A DNA stretch of 64,000 nt from Euryarchaeota archaeon UBA463 (lineage in GTDB: Archaea > Thermoplasmatota > Poseidoniia > Poseidoniales > Thalassarchaeaceae): positions 12,224 through 76,223 of the forward strand of contig DAOI01000024.1 of assembly GCA_002501805.1 (NCBI GenBank), read 5' to 3'. Both the position numbers and the translations under genes were made by a program. The notes under the pieces are model-generated. The model saw only the letters and a program-made list of their open reading frames with translations, was not told where the DNA came from and made no database searches. Of the stretch, positions 9,840 through 19,548 are shown in pieces (the stretch's first letter is position 1; every line of letters starts with the position of its first letter).

Positions 9840-12119
9840 TCAATTAGATGGGTTACGGAGTTGGATGATCCTATCACGTATCTGGGCGGCTTTCTCAAAG
9901 TCAAGCCGTTCGGCGGCTGCTCTCATTTCCCTCTCTAGTTTACTGACAACCTTCTCACTCTCAATCCTCTCTACACTATCTGGGAACTCGTTTGTATCTA
10001 TCTCAAACTCAGGCTGACTTACGTTTTCAAGCACCGAGCTTGAGGTATTCCACATTCCAGCTCCAAGCGAGAATTTCTGTGCTAAACCCGACACCCCCTT
10101 CTTACTCTGGAACTTTCCAATGAATCTCTTACCCCCCTTGGCTCCTTTCCCGGCCGTTCCAGCAAGTAGACTCCCGACCTCCTGACCCATGGTCGGGAGG
10201 GCTTTCTGAATTGTTCGGGGAACTATGCCATTCTCCTGGTTGTGAAGATCTTGACGACCTCTTCTTGCAATAGTCTGACTCATAGCGGCTTCCATAGAAG
10301 GAGAAATAGAATCTGCGTACAGAATTACTACTCCATTCTGGTTTCTGGATGCTCTACCAATCGTCTGTAATAATGACCTCTCGTTCCTCAGAAAACCCTG
10401 TTTATCCGCGTCAAATATGGCAACTAAGGAGACTTCAGGGATATCTAGCCCTTCACGAAGTAGATTTATTCCGACAATAACATCGATGTGCCCCAGTCTG
10501 AGTGCTTTGATTATCTCAGTTCTCTCTAATGTGTCTATTTCAGAATGTAGGTAGTGTGCCTTTATTCCATTCCTGTCGAGGTATTCTGCAACCTCCTCTG
10601 CGAATTTAATTGTCATCACCGTAACTAGCACTCGCTCATTCTTTTCGATTCTCGCATTGATTTCAGACATGAGATGTTGAACTTGGCCTTTGGTTGGCTT
10701 GACGACTATTTCCGGGTCTAGCAATCCTGTGGGGCGAATCTCCATCCTCACTACTCCTTTGATTTTAGATAATGTTCCTTCCATAGTAGATGACCCGGAT
10801 CTCTTCTTCAACTCAGCGACCTTTGACCCGCCCCCTCCTCCAACATGTAACAACTCCTCAGGTACTCTTTGATCAGTCACCTCAGCAAGATGGCGTAGCT
10901 CTCTTTCTCCAGGAGTAGCACTGACATACAGCATCTGAGGAACCAGCTCCTGGAACTCATCGATCCTGAGAGGCCTGTTGTCATACGCAGAAGGAAGTCT
11001 GAATCCATGATCTACGAGGTTCTTCTTCCTGGAGAAATCACCGCCATACATCCCGCCCACCTGAGGAAGAGTAACATGGCTCTCATCCATTATTACCAGA
11101 TATCTGTCAGCATCACCGTGAAACTTCTCTGCATTGTTAGAGAAGAAATCCAAGAGACAATAAGAGCGCTCCCCTTTCTTCCTCCTGTCAAAATGTCTGG
11201 AGTAATTCTCAACTCCCTTACATGAACCAATTTCATTTAACATCTCCAAATCAAACTTTGTCCTGCCCTCAAGGCGATGTGCCTCGATATCCATTCCTTG
11301 ACTCTCGAACCACCCTACTCTTTCGTCAAGCTCATGCTCTATGTCTTCCAGAGCTTGGTTGAAGCTTTCTTCACTAGTCATGTAGAACTCTCTAGGATGT
11401 ATCCAAGCCTCTTCAAACTCATCTAGTACCTCCCAAGATACAGCTTCGCACACCTGGATTCTCTCTATCCCTTGCCATCCAAATCTTACCCTAATGGGAT
11501 CATCCCTGCTTGGCATCCAGACATCCAATACCTCTCCTCTGAGTCTGATATCCCCTCTTGTTATCTCGCCAGTTACCCTGCGATATTGGAGTCCAACTAG
11601 GTCACGGACTATATCCTGAGGATCGGCCTCCTGTCCTATTTCCAACCTCAAGTGATTTTGTTGGAATACCTCAGGAGGGTTCAGCCCATATATGGCTGAC
11701 ACAGTTCCTATCGTGATTACATCTGGCCTAGAGACGAGGGATGCCACTGTGGAGAATCTTTCCTGCTCTATCCTCTCGTTCATCTGTAACTCTTTATCGA
11801 TATACAGGTCACGTCCAGGTATATACGCTTCAGGCTGGTAGTAGTCGTAATAACTGACGAAATACTCAACCGCATTCTCTGGAAATAAATCACTCATCTC
11901 TTGCCATAACTGTCTTGCTAGAGTCTTGTTGTGCGAGAGAATCAAGGTCGGAACTCCTAGTCTTTGAATGATATTCGCCATTGCGAAGGTCTTTCCCGAC
12001 CCTGTTACGCCCATGAGAACACATCTCTCCTGATTCGATTGAACCTGCTCAATCAGTGAGTCAATAGCTTGCTCTTGGTCTCCCGCGGTGCCGTAATCAG
12101 AACGTAGTATGAACACCAT
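9840..12119 (-). CDS. uvrB: Excinuclease ABC subunit B
   Basis: Has Walker A GVTGSGKTF, helicase motifs (IMDESHVT, SATPG, QTIGRASRN) and a C-terminal UVR motif RAAAERLDFEKAAQIRDRIIQLR. At 759 aa it is longer than typical UvrB, with two extra segments. Confidence 0.95.
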   Translation of the reverse strand: MVFILRSDYGTAGDQEQAIDSLIEQVQSNQERCVLMGVTGSGKTFAMANIIQRLGVPTLILSHNKTLARQLWQEMSDLFPENAVEYFVSYYDYYQPEAYIPGRDLYIDKELQMNERIEQERFSTVASLVSRPDVITIGTVSAIYGLNPPEVFQQNHLRLEIGQEADPQDIVRDLVGLQYRRVTGEITRGDIRLRGEVLDVWMPSRDDPIRVRFGWQGIERIQVCEAVSWEVLDEFEEAWIHPREFYMTSEESFNQALEDIEHELDERVGWFESQGMDIEAHRLEGRTKFDLEMLNEIGSCKGVENYSRHFDRRKKGERSYCLLDFFSNNAEKFHGDADRYLVIMDESHVTLPQVGGMYGGDFSRKKNLVDHGFRLPSAYDNRPLRIDEFQELVPQMLYVSATPGERELRHLAEVTDQRVPEELLHVGGGGGSKVAELKKRSGSSTMEGTLSKIKGVVRMEIRPTGLLDPEIVVKPTKGQVQHLMSEINARIEKNERVLVTVMTIKFAEEVAEYLDRNGIKAHYLHSEIDTLERTEIIKALRLGHIDVIVGINLLREGLDIPEVSLVAIFDADKQGFLRNERSLLQTIGRASRNQNGVVILYADSISPSMEAAMSQTIARRGRQDLHNQENGIVPRTIQKALPTMGQEVGSLLAGTAGKGAKGGKRFIGKFQSKKGVSGLAQKFSLGAGMWNTSSSVLENVSQPEFEIDTNEFPDSVERIESEKVVSKLEREMRAAAERLDFEKAAQIRDRIIQLRNPSN

Positions 12120-12125
12120 TTCACC

Positions 12126-13052
12126 TCAATCCAATAACCCAACGCCAGTGGGCTCAACAATCATAATTGAGGCCAGAAGAACCCATCCGGTGAGCATCGA
12201 AACTCGAAACAGTACAGTTTGAAAATCCTCCAACCTCTCTCTTACGAGAATGACTGTAATATTCAGAATGCACATCAGGCCTGCGGCAGCAAGAAACCAA
12301 ATCTCGTTCATGGGATCCGAAATAGCGAAGCAGGCAAACCACAGTAAAGTAAGTTGAATGGAGGTCCTAGTCGTCGTATTCTCATTGAACCTGGAAGGAA
12401 ATGAGTGGATTCCGTTTTCTCGATCACTCTCGATATCCATTCTTGCATAATTGATATCAAACGCAGCAATCCAAAATGTCACTCCCAGGGATATGAAGAA
12501 AATTGTCGGATACCAAAGGAAATCGGTATTTCCATCGTTCAATCCTGTAATTGATGCCCATCCATGAACATCTGCCGTGACGGCGACCCACGCCCCAGCG
12601 GGCGCGAGTGCGAGACAGAGGCCTAGCCAAAAATGGCATAACCAAGTGTAACGTTTTGTGTATGGGTATATGACGAAAACTACGACTGGGAGCCATGCCA
12701 TCATCAATGCAACTTCGTTAAGTTGCCAAGCTCCAACCAATAGCATCGCCAGAAAGATTGCCGACAGACTCCAAGCGGTTTGCATCGACATAGCGCCCGA
12801 AACGAGGTGACGATTTGCCGTTCGAGGATTCGAAGCATCAATGTCTCTATCTATTATTCGATTCAGAGCCATTGCAAGTCCACGAGCTCCAATCGCAGCT
12901 ACTAAAATCCATAAAATATCGATTCCAAACTTCTCAGAAGAAATATCGTTCATGAACTGATTGTGAGCGAGAACATATCCAATCAGGACAAAGGGGAGAG
13001 AAAAAAGAGTATGCTCAATTTTTACGAACTCCAGAATCTCTCTAAAACCCAT
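12126..13052 (-). CDS. UbiA-family aromatic prenyltransferase (possibly MqnP-like)
   Basis: Has the UbiA motif NRIIDRDIDASNPRTANRHL, a second Asp-rich segment (AAFDINYARMDIESD) and multiple TM helices. ATG 13052 overlaps the UbiD stop as TAATG. The ORF track start at 13076 is the alternative. Confidence 0.85.
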   Translation of the reverse strand: MGFREILEFVKIEHTLFSLPFVLIGYVLAHNQFMNDISSEKFGIDILWILVAAIGARGLAMALNRIIDRDIDASNPRTANRHLVSGAMSMQTAWSLSAIFLAMLLVGAWQLNEVALMMAWLPVVVFVIYPYTKRYTWLCHFWLGLCLALAPAGAWVAVTADVHGWASITGLNDGNTDFLWYPTIFFISLGVTFWIAAFDINYARMDIESDRENGIHSFPSRFNENTTTRTSIQLTLLWFACFAISDPMNEIWFLAAAGLMCILNITVILVRERLEDFQTVLFRVSMLTGWVLLASIMIVEPTGVGLLD

Positions 13053-14923
13053 TAGAAACCGCCTTCCTCGAGCCACGAGTTTACCCTATCGAGGACATCT
13101 TGGTCATGCAAAGTGACTCCCGGCCACCTCCTCACAGGAACCGGGCCTTCCAGTGAAGGTATAGGCGCAGTGGCATCCCAGCAAACTCTCCTCTTGTCTA
13201 AATCAAAGTGGAGGTCCCTTCCTACATCAAATCTACAGAAAAACTGCCAAAGGAGTACTCTCATCCAACCCTCATCATACAAATCAACATCTGAATCTGT
13301 AATGAATAACCATCTCAGACTCTTCGCGCCCTCCAAATTCCATATGGATTCCATAATCTTCTGAATCTTGGCCCGTTGCCTTAGAGCTCCCTCTTCGTCA
13401 TTCTCCTCGACATTCTCTTCCGGGGAAGGCCCTCCTTCAATTTTCGTAGTTACCACGAGCATAGAAGATCGTAGAAAACGAGCTTGTATCACTCCATCTA
13501 TTCCAGATACTGAAACTTCGAGAGACTCAGGGCATCCTTTCAGAGACTCTCTTCTGCTTCTTGGGTCGTCTTCAAGCGGAGTTGTCGCATCTATCAATAG
13601 CTTGTCATGGATATTATCCCAGGGGGATGCATGAGCTAGTGAGTCAGCAACCATCCCCGGGAGAATTATCAGATCCTCAGAAATATCTACCTTTGAGTCG
13701 AGAGCATCCAGTAAGGAATAAAGGTCTTTTACATCATGATTAGGATCAACGGCCACTATTGTTTTCAGAAACATCATTTGTCCCGCCCCAAGGAGCCCCA
13801 GTGCAGTTTTCCTCCCTTGTCTTGGATACCTCTTTTTCGATGAGACTATTGCCAGATTATGAAAACCGGTCTCCAAAGGGAGAAACAGACCTAGGACATC
13901 CCTGTGCTGAAACTGCAATACGGGCAGGAAAGCATCTCCTATTGCCTCCCCCAGGTATCCATCTTCCATTGGAGGGACTCCCACTATTGTCATCGGAACC
14001 ACGGCATCTTTTCTGTGTGTTATTGCTTCAATATGCATCACTGGATACTGATCAGCAAGAGAGTAATGTCCGAAGTGATCCCCGAAAGGCCCTTCTTCTC
14101 TGGTCTCGCCTGGAATCATGTATCCTTCGATAACCACGTCGCAATCAGCAGGAACTAGCAGATCATTAGTAACACATTTTGTGATTCTGAGACGCCTCTT
14201 TCCAAGCAATCCCGCGAATTCATACTCAGAAAGGTTATCTGGAAGTGGTGAAATGGCACTAAACATCACTTCAGGTGGACCTCCTAGGCAGATTGCTACT
14301 GGCATCCTTTCTGAGGAAGCATCAGCATGGTCTGCCCCGTGCTTGTGTGCCTGCCAATGGAGACCTACCTCTTTGGGACCGAAAACTTGACTTCTGTACA
14401 TTCCCATATTGTGAATTCCAGTATCAGGATCCACTGTAACCACGAGAGGCAGGGTCATGTATCTCCCTCCATCTTCTGGCCATGTCTTGGGTATGGGGAG
14501 CCTAGTCACATCAGGGTCTCTAATCACGACCTGTTGACACGCGCCCTTCCTGACCTTCATTGGAGCCATAGACATCCCCTCTAAAGCTAAGCCTATTCCA
14601 GTCCAAGGGGCCTTCAGGATGCCTCCAATATCGGGCTTCATCAGAGCGACCATTCTCTCTCCTATCTCTTCAGGCCTATTTACGCCAAGAGCGTGATTTG
14701 TTCTGTCTCTGGTTCCGAAGAGGTTCATAGCTAGGGGAATCTCACTTATCGTTCCATCAGGAAGCCTAGGCTGTTCGAATAAAATTGCACTGCCTCCCCT
14801 TTTGACTAACCTATCTGCAAAGCACCCAGCTTCAAGCTCCACTTCTACCGGATCGGCTACTCGAATCAGCTCCCCAGAGTCCTCCAGAGACCGGATGTAA
14901 CGCGCCAGCGTGCGCCAGACCAT
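13052..14923 (-). CDS. UbiD-family (prenylated-FMN dependent) decarboxylase with a C-terminal extension of about 140 aa
   Basis: The N-terminus RTLARYIRSLEDSGELIRVADPVEVELE matches the UbiD opening, and the core carries UbiD-type motifs (GGRYMTLPLVVT, GMYR, HWQ.HKHGA). ATG 14923 is preferred over GTG 14938. It is coupled to the downstream UbiA-family gene. Confidence 0.85.
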   Translation of the reverse strand: MVWRTLARYIRSLEDSGELIRVADPVEVELEAGCFADRLVKRGGSAILFEQPRLPDGTISEIPLAMNLFGTRDRTNHALGVNRPEEIGERMVALMKPDIGGILKAPWTGIGLALEGMSMAPMKVRKGACQQVVIRDPDVTRLPIPKTWPEDGGRYMTLPLVVTVDPDTGIHNMGMYRSQVFGPKEVGLHWQAHKHGADHADASSERMPVAICLGGPPEVMFSAISPLPDNLSEYEFAGLLGKRRLRITKCVTNDLLVPADCDVVIEGYMIPGETREEGPFGDHFGHYSLADQYPVMHIEAITHRKDAVVPMTIVGVPPMEDGYLGEAIGDAFLPVLQFQHRDVLGLFLPLETGFHNLAIVSSKKRYPRQGRKTALGLLGAGQMMFLKTIVAVDPNHDVKDLYSLLDALDSKVDISEDLIILPGMVADSLAHASPWDNIHDKLLIDATTPLEDDPRSRRESLKGCPESLEVSVSGIDGVIQARFLRSSMLVVTTKIEGGPSPEENVEENDEEGALRQRAKIQKIMESIWNLEGAKSLRWLFITDSDVDLYDEGWMRVLLWQFFCRFDVGRDLHFDLDKRRVCWDATAPIPSLEGPVPVRRWPGVTLHDQDVLDRVNSWLEEGGF

Positions 14924-15017
14924 GTACTCCCGGAGCACTCACAATAGTAGAAGGTTCGCTCGTCGCCGTAGGCGACTCGACCGACGGTTTCTTTTGAGTG
15001 GCTCCTCTCGGAGTGAC

Positions 15018-16247
15018 ATGGGCGAGGACATGACCATCTGTGACGTTTTGGTTATCGGTGCAGGACCAGGCGGGGGTAATGCTGCTCTACAATGTGCTAG
15101 ACTGGGCCTAGATACCATACTTGTCGAAGATCATGATGAGATAGGAACCCCCGTCCACTGTGGAGAATGTATCTCTGACTTAGCCTGTCAGAACCTAGGA
15201 CTCAAACTACCAGAACATGTAATCAGTAAGAGCGTCAAAGGAATCAGGGTAATTTTTCCAGATGGAACCGAGAAATGCCTTTCTGAGGAGGGATATGTTT
15301 TGGAAAAGCATCTATTCGAACAATGGATAGCTGAGTCTGCTGTAAGTCAGGGAGCCAGACTCTGTCTGAGCCACAAAATTACTGGAATGCAGAAGTCGTT
15401 CGAGGGGAAAAAATTCTCAGGATGGCTCTGTGAGGGCAAGGGTGATCTCTTCCCCATTCAAGCCAAGATAGTGATAGATGCTTCCGGAGTATCCTCAGTT
15501 TGCTCGAAGTTGCTCGATCTAAACCCGAGAGGAAAGGTCGTGGCAGGAATGCAATACGAGCTTGAAGGTGTACCAACTGATGGCTATCTCGATTTCTACA
15601 TATGGCCTTCGTACGCCGAGAAGGGATATCTTTGGATGATTCCTAAGTGTGATGGTAGGGCAAATATCGGACTAGTTACTGAGGACAAGCCTAGAACTAA
15701 GAAGGCGCTTGATGAGTTCATTGAGCACACACATTTCAAGGGACTTAACCAGAACCTACCTTCTTGGAAAAAGAAGGGAAACCCAGCCTTCGGAGGCACC
15801 ATTCCTATCTCTGGCCCTCATGAAAATACCCATTATGATGGATTAATGCTAATCGGAGATGCTGCTGGATTCACCTCCCCCCTATTCGAGGGTGGCTCTC
15901 ACTTAGCGTTGAAATCCGCTGTATTCGCCGCTCAGACTGCAGCAAAGGCGATCTCAGATGATGATCTTTCATCTGAAAAATTATCACAGTACCCAAAGCT
16001 TTGGAAAGCAGAATTCCCACCATATGACAAAATACTGAAGGGTAAAAATGCGCTATTCGAGCTATCAGACGAAGAAATGTCAGTAATGGCGAAGTGCTTC
16101 CCCGATGAAATGTCAGATATGGGCTTCTCGGGCAAGGCGTTCGTAGGACTGAAGCTTCTCTTCAGAAGTCCCGGATTATATGCAAAAAACATAATCAGAG
16201 CCATGCTAGCCTTTGGTTACAGTAGGGCAAAGTACTACGGTTGGTGA
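15018..16247 (+). CDS. FAD-dependent geranylgeranyl reductase family oxidoreductase
   Basis: Has the dinucleotide motif DVLVIGAGPGGGNAALQCARLGL, then GDAAGFTSPLFEGG, typical of archaeal GGR. The Arg-rich N-terminal 36 codons of ORF 14910 overlap the UbiD start and are taken as non-coding. Candidate ATGs are 15018 and 15030. Confidence 0.8.
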   Translation: MGEDMTICDVLVIGAGPGGGNAALQCARLGLDTILVEDHDEIGTPVHCGECISDLACQNLGLKLPEHVISKSVKGIRVIFPDGTEKCLSEEGYVLEKHLFEQWIAESAVSQGARLCLSHKITGMQKSFEGKKFSGWLCEGKGDLFPIQAKIVIDASGVSSVCSKLLDLNPRGKVVAGMQYELEGVPTDGYLDFYIWPSYAEKGYLWMIPKCDGRANIGLVTEDKPRTKKALDEFIEHTHFKGLNQNLPSWKKKGNPAFGGTIPISGPHENTHYDGLMLIGDAAGFTSPLFEGGSHLALKSAVFAAQTAAKAISDDDLSSEKLSQYPKLWKAEFPPYDKILKGKNALFELSDEEMSVMAKCFPDEMSDMGFSGKAFVGLKLLFRSPGLYAKNIIRAMLAFGYSRAKYYGW

Positions 16248-18600
16248 GATATTGCTTTCCCAAATTGGGTGGCTACTATTGGTCACAGGCATAGCTTACT
16301 CAATTCTCCAGTCTACTAGCAGAGCCAAGTCATCTAGCCCATTATCAAGGGATCTCGCACTTATTTCACAAGTATCGCCTTTCCTATTACTCACATTCTG
16401 CTTTGTCACTGATGTGAAATCACTTGAGTTGATTTTCAGATTCGGAGGAGAAGACCTTCCACTATTCTACAGAATATCCGCAGTCTGGAGTAGCAGGTCA
16501 GGCCCCCTCCTACTCTGGGCCGCCCTAATGGCAATAGTAACCAGAATTATGTCTGTTAGAGCGAACGGTACACCCCTAGAAGTCAGAATAATGCATACCT
16601 GGGTAGGTTTCATCCTCCTATTGTCCCTAATGCTCGGACCCTTCGATGAAACAACCTCTACTTCCGCATCGGGACTAAACCCTCTTCTTCAAACCGATCT
16701 AATGGTCATCCACCCTCCCGTAGTCTTCGCATTCTACTCTCTATGCATAGCAACCTCAAGCGTAGTCATCGCAGGGATCCTCAGAAGAGACTCCCCGATT
16801 GCTATCCATAAATCACAACTGTATTGGGCCAGGGCCGGTTTCGTGGTTGGAACGATAGGAATAGGGCTCGGCGGACTCTGGGCTTACACTGTTCTGGATT
16901 GGGGGGGATATTGGGCTTGGGACCCAGTGGAAACCGGCTCACTACTCCCTTGGTTATGCTTGCTACTCGTTGTACACGCTCGCTCCAAAACAGGTGGCAG
17001 TGCAGTCATCGCTTCACCTGCTGTTGGATTACTTGCAGGTGCACTAACATTCCATGCTACTCTAGTTACTAGGGCCAATGGCGTCTGGGCATCTGTCCAT
17101 GCCTTTGTAGCGGATGGGGAGGGGGCCCTTCCTCAGGACCCATATCTGAGGGTTCTAGATGTCGTAGAGTTTGACGCCGTAGGAGCAGAATTAGTTGGAT
17201 ACTTGTCAGCAATAATTCTTCTGTGTGTTTTCGCAGTAATTCATCTGGCTAGAGTCCAAAGGTCAGACTTAGATTCTCAAAACTCAAGGTCCATGATTCA
17301 GGAAAATAAAAATCTCGCAATGTCTCTTGTAGTAATTTTCTTAGTAGCCTCTTTTTGGATAGGTTCAGTCGCAGTCATTCTATTGGGAATGTCACTGATG
17401 TACCTTATAGTAAATGGTAATAATTCAGATCCACCTCTTCATTGGATATTCACGGGAATAGCTCTGATGTTATTTTCTAGTTGGACATGGAATGCAGAAT
17501 GGTACCAGTCTCTGTTTGGGATGACCCCATTCCTCATTCCATGGTTAATGTCAGAGAAGGAAGATGACTGGTCTTTCATTACTGGATTGTTTACCAGTAC
17601 CTCTTCTAGACTAAGGATTTCTAAGGCAATACCATGGTACGGGGGAGCTGGATTTCTATTGCTGACATGGATGATACTTACTGTTGAGATTGATGGCACT
17701 AGTCTGCAGGCTCACGAATTTTATGGGTCCCCCTTCATTGCTCTTCTGGCAATCGGCCTAGCTGCGTATACATGGGGCAAATCAATAAGCCACAAAACAG
17801 GAACATTCCTGATCCTATTTGCCATAATATGCTCTGTTCTAGCCGCTCTCTTGGCAGATTCTATAGCACTACCGGGAGATCCAAGACTTCCAATATCATC
17901 TTCGGTATCTAGGGGATCTCTTGCCTCCTTCATGCTGGTCCTCCTAATCTTCTCTCTACCATTCAACATCAGGAATTTACTACTGACATTGAAGTCCAAT
18001 GCGAGCAAGATCTACCAAGGAGGTTTTATGAGACTAAAATCTCCAAGGGTAAGGCTACTAGCAAGCCATATCTCTCATGTTGGAATCCTACTGCTACTCA
18101 TAGGGCACGTTTTTACCACTACACTGGTGGATAGATCAGATCCTTCTCACTTGGTTACTTTGGAGAAGAACGAGCCGGTATCATATGGGAGCTACGAGTA
18201 TGTGTTGATAGATACAATAGTACTCTCTGAGGGAGATGAAGATTTTGACTTTAAGGTCGGCGATGGCTTCCTAGGAGTGGTCATTGAAATGAGAAAAGAC
18301 GGAGAGCTTGTTGATACTCTGGTCCCAGGCATACTAAGATTCGGCCCAGTTCCTAGATCAGAGGTGGATAGACACGTAGGACTATTCGGCGATACTATTC
18401 TCATAATGGATGGTTTCCAAGTACAAGATCTAATGCCAGCACTATTCTTCAACCAGACCGATGGCCTCGATAGAGTAAGAGTGACAATCCATGAACTTCA
18501 GGGTAGCCACTTAGTTTGGACTGGATGGGTACTCACAATTGTCGGAGGAATTCTGGCGTTTTCATCATCTGAAAAACCCTCCAAAGAAGAGGAAGAATGA
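16213..18600 (+). CDS. ccmF: Cytochrome c-type biogenesis heme lyase, CcmF/NrfE family
   Basis: A polytopic membrane protein with the WWD heme-handling motif WGGYWAWDPVETGSLLPWL. At 795 aa it is longer than typical CcmF. The start is uncertain: TTG 16213 overlaps the GGR end, and an in-frame TTG lies near 16249. Confidence 0.75.
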   Translation: MVTVGQSTTVGEILLSQIGWLLLVTGIAYSILQSTSRAKSSSPLSRDLALISQVSPFLLLTFCFVTDVKSLELIFRFGGEDLPLFYRISAVWSSRSGPLLLWAALMAIVTRIMSVRANGTPLEVRIMHTWVGFILLLSLMLGPFDETTSTSASGLNPLLQTDLMVIHPPVVFAFYSLCIATSSVVIAGILRRDSPIAIHKSQLYWARAGFVVGTIGIGLGGLWAYTVLDWGGYWAWDPVETGSLLPWLCLLLVVHARSKTGGSAVIASPAVGLLAGALTFHATLVTRANGVWASVHAFVADGEGALPQDPYLRVLDVVEFDAVGAELVGYLSAIILLCVFAVIHLARVQRSDLDSQNSRSMIQENKNLAMSLVVIFLVASFWIGSVAVILLGMSLMYLIVNGNNSDPPLHWIFTGIALMLFSSWTWNAEWYQSLFGMTPFLIPWLMSEKEDDWSFITGLFTSTSSRLRISKAIPWYGGAGFLLLTWMILTVEIDGTSLQAHEFYGSPFIALLAIGLAAYTWGKSISHKTGTFLILFAIICSVLAALLADSIALPGDPRLPISSSVSRGSLASFMLVLLIFSLPFNIRNLLLTLKSNASKIYQGGFMRLKSPRVRLLASHISHVGILLLLIGHVFTTTLVDRSDPSHLVTLEKNEPVSYGSYEYVLIDTIVLSEGDEDFDFKVGDGFLGVVIEMRKDGELVDTLVPGILRFGPVPRSEVDRHVGLFGDTILIMDGFQVQDLMPALFFNQTDGLDRVRVTIHELQGSHLVWTGWVLTIVGGILAFSSSEKPSKEEEE

Positions 18601-18677
18601 ATCCTCGCCCAAGTATTCGGCACCGTTTGAATGAAAAAGGGGAAGCGGGTCGGCCGGACGCCAAGGAGGCGAATCAC

Positions 18678-19373
18678 ATGGACAATGGTGCAATAGTACA
18701 CATCGACTACGACCTTTACGAGGTCGACTCTGAGAGACTCATCGAGACTACACGCGAGGACGTAGCCAAGGAGCATGACCTATTCGATGAAAATAGGGAA
18801 TACTCTCCAATGATTACCGTCGTAGGAGACGGGAGACTGATAGCAGGGTTTGAAGCATCTCTCTCAGATGCTGAAGCCGACAAAGACTACGAAATAGACA
18901 TAGAGGCCCCCGATGCATACGGTGAGAGGGATGCCAGTCTCGTCGAAACAATCGGGCAGAATGTTCTGATGAGGAGCGTCAGGGACCCCAATATGCTAGC
19001 AATCGGCGCTCCAGTGGAGATTGGAGGAAGGACCGGCGTGCTACAGTTCTTGAGTGCCGGTCGTGCCAGAATTGACTACAACCACCCATTAGCCGGATCA
19101 ACACTCAGGTACAACTACAATATTGTCAAGGTCGTTGAAGACCGCAAGGAAAAGGTTGAGACACTCCTCAAAATGAACACCGGTAGAGATGACTTCGAGA
19201 TTGACTTCGAGAAAGACGATCTTACTGTAACACTTCCAGATACAATTGCATATGACCAAAACTGGTCATACGCTAAGTTCAGCCTTGTGAGAACACTCAG
19301 GGATCATATCGGAGTGGGGACAATCGTCTTCCGAGAGGTCCATGAGCCCAGAGCAGTCTCTGAAGAGGAGTAA
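18678..19373 (+). CDS. FKBP-type peptidyl-prolyl cis-trans isomerase (archaeal long/SlyD-like)
   Basis: GAIVHIDYDLY...GFEASLSDAE...DAYGERD...YNHPLAGSTLRYNYNIVKV matches the FKBP with IF-insert pattern. ATG 18678 is preceded by AAGGAGG 8 nt upstream. The ORF track start at 18597 is the alternative. Confidence 0.8.
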   Translation: MDNGAIVHIDYDLYEVDSERLIETTREDVAKEHDLFDENREYSPMITVVGDGRLIAGFEASLSDAEADKDYEIDIEAPDAYGERDASLVETIGQNVLMRSVRDPNMLAIGAPVEIGGRTGVLQFLSAGRARIDYNHPLAGSTLRYNYNIVKVVEDRKEKVETLLKMNTGRDDFEIDFEKDDLTVTLPDTIAYDQNWSYAKFSLVRTLRDHIGVGTIVFREVHEPRAVSEEE

Positions 19374-19548
19374 TTCATCTCTAATAGCCCTATTTCAGTG
19401 GGTGGAACATTCATCACCCCGGGCCCCTCCCTCCAACTGCCTCAATGACGACGAAGGTGGACTGAGCTACGGCCTTGACGTTCCCTATGAGTACCGAGAG
19501 GCACCATTTTACACACGTATTCAAGACATACGCCCTCTTCCGAATACT

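Noticed and set aside
14910-15017. Arg-rich N-terminal extension (RRFARRRRRLDRRF) of the geranylgeranyl reductase ORF.
   Set aside because: It overlaps the divergent UbiD start, and the FAD motif sits right after ATG 15018/15030. The extension is a low-complexity antisense artefact.
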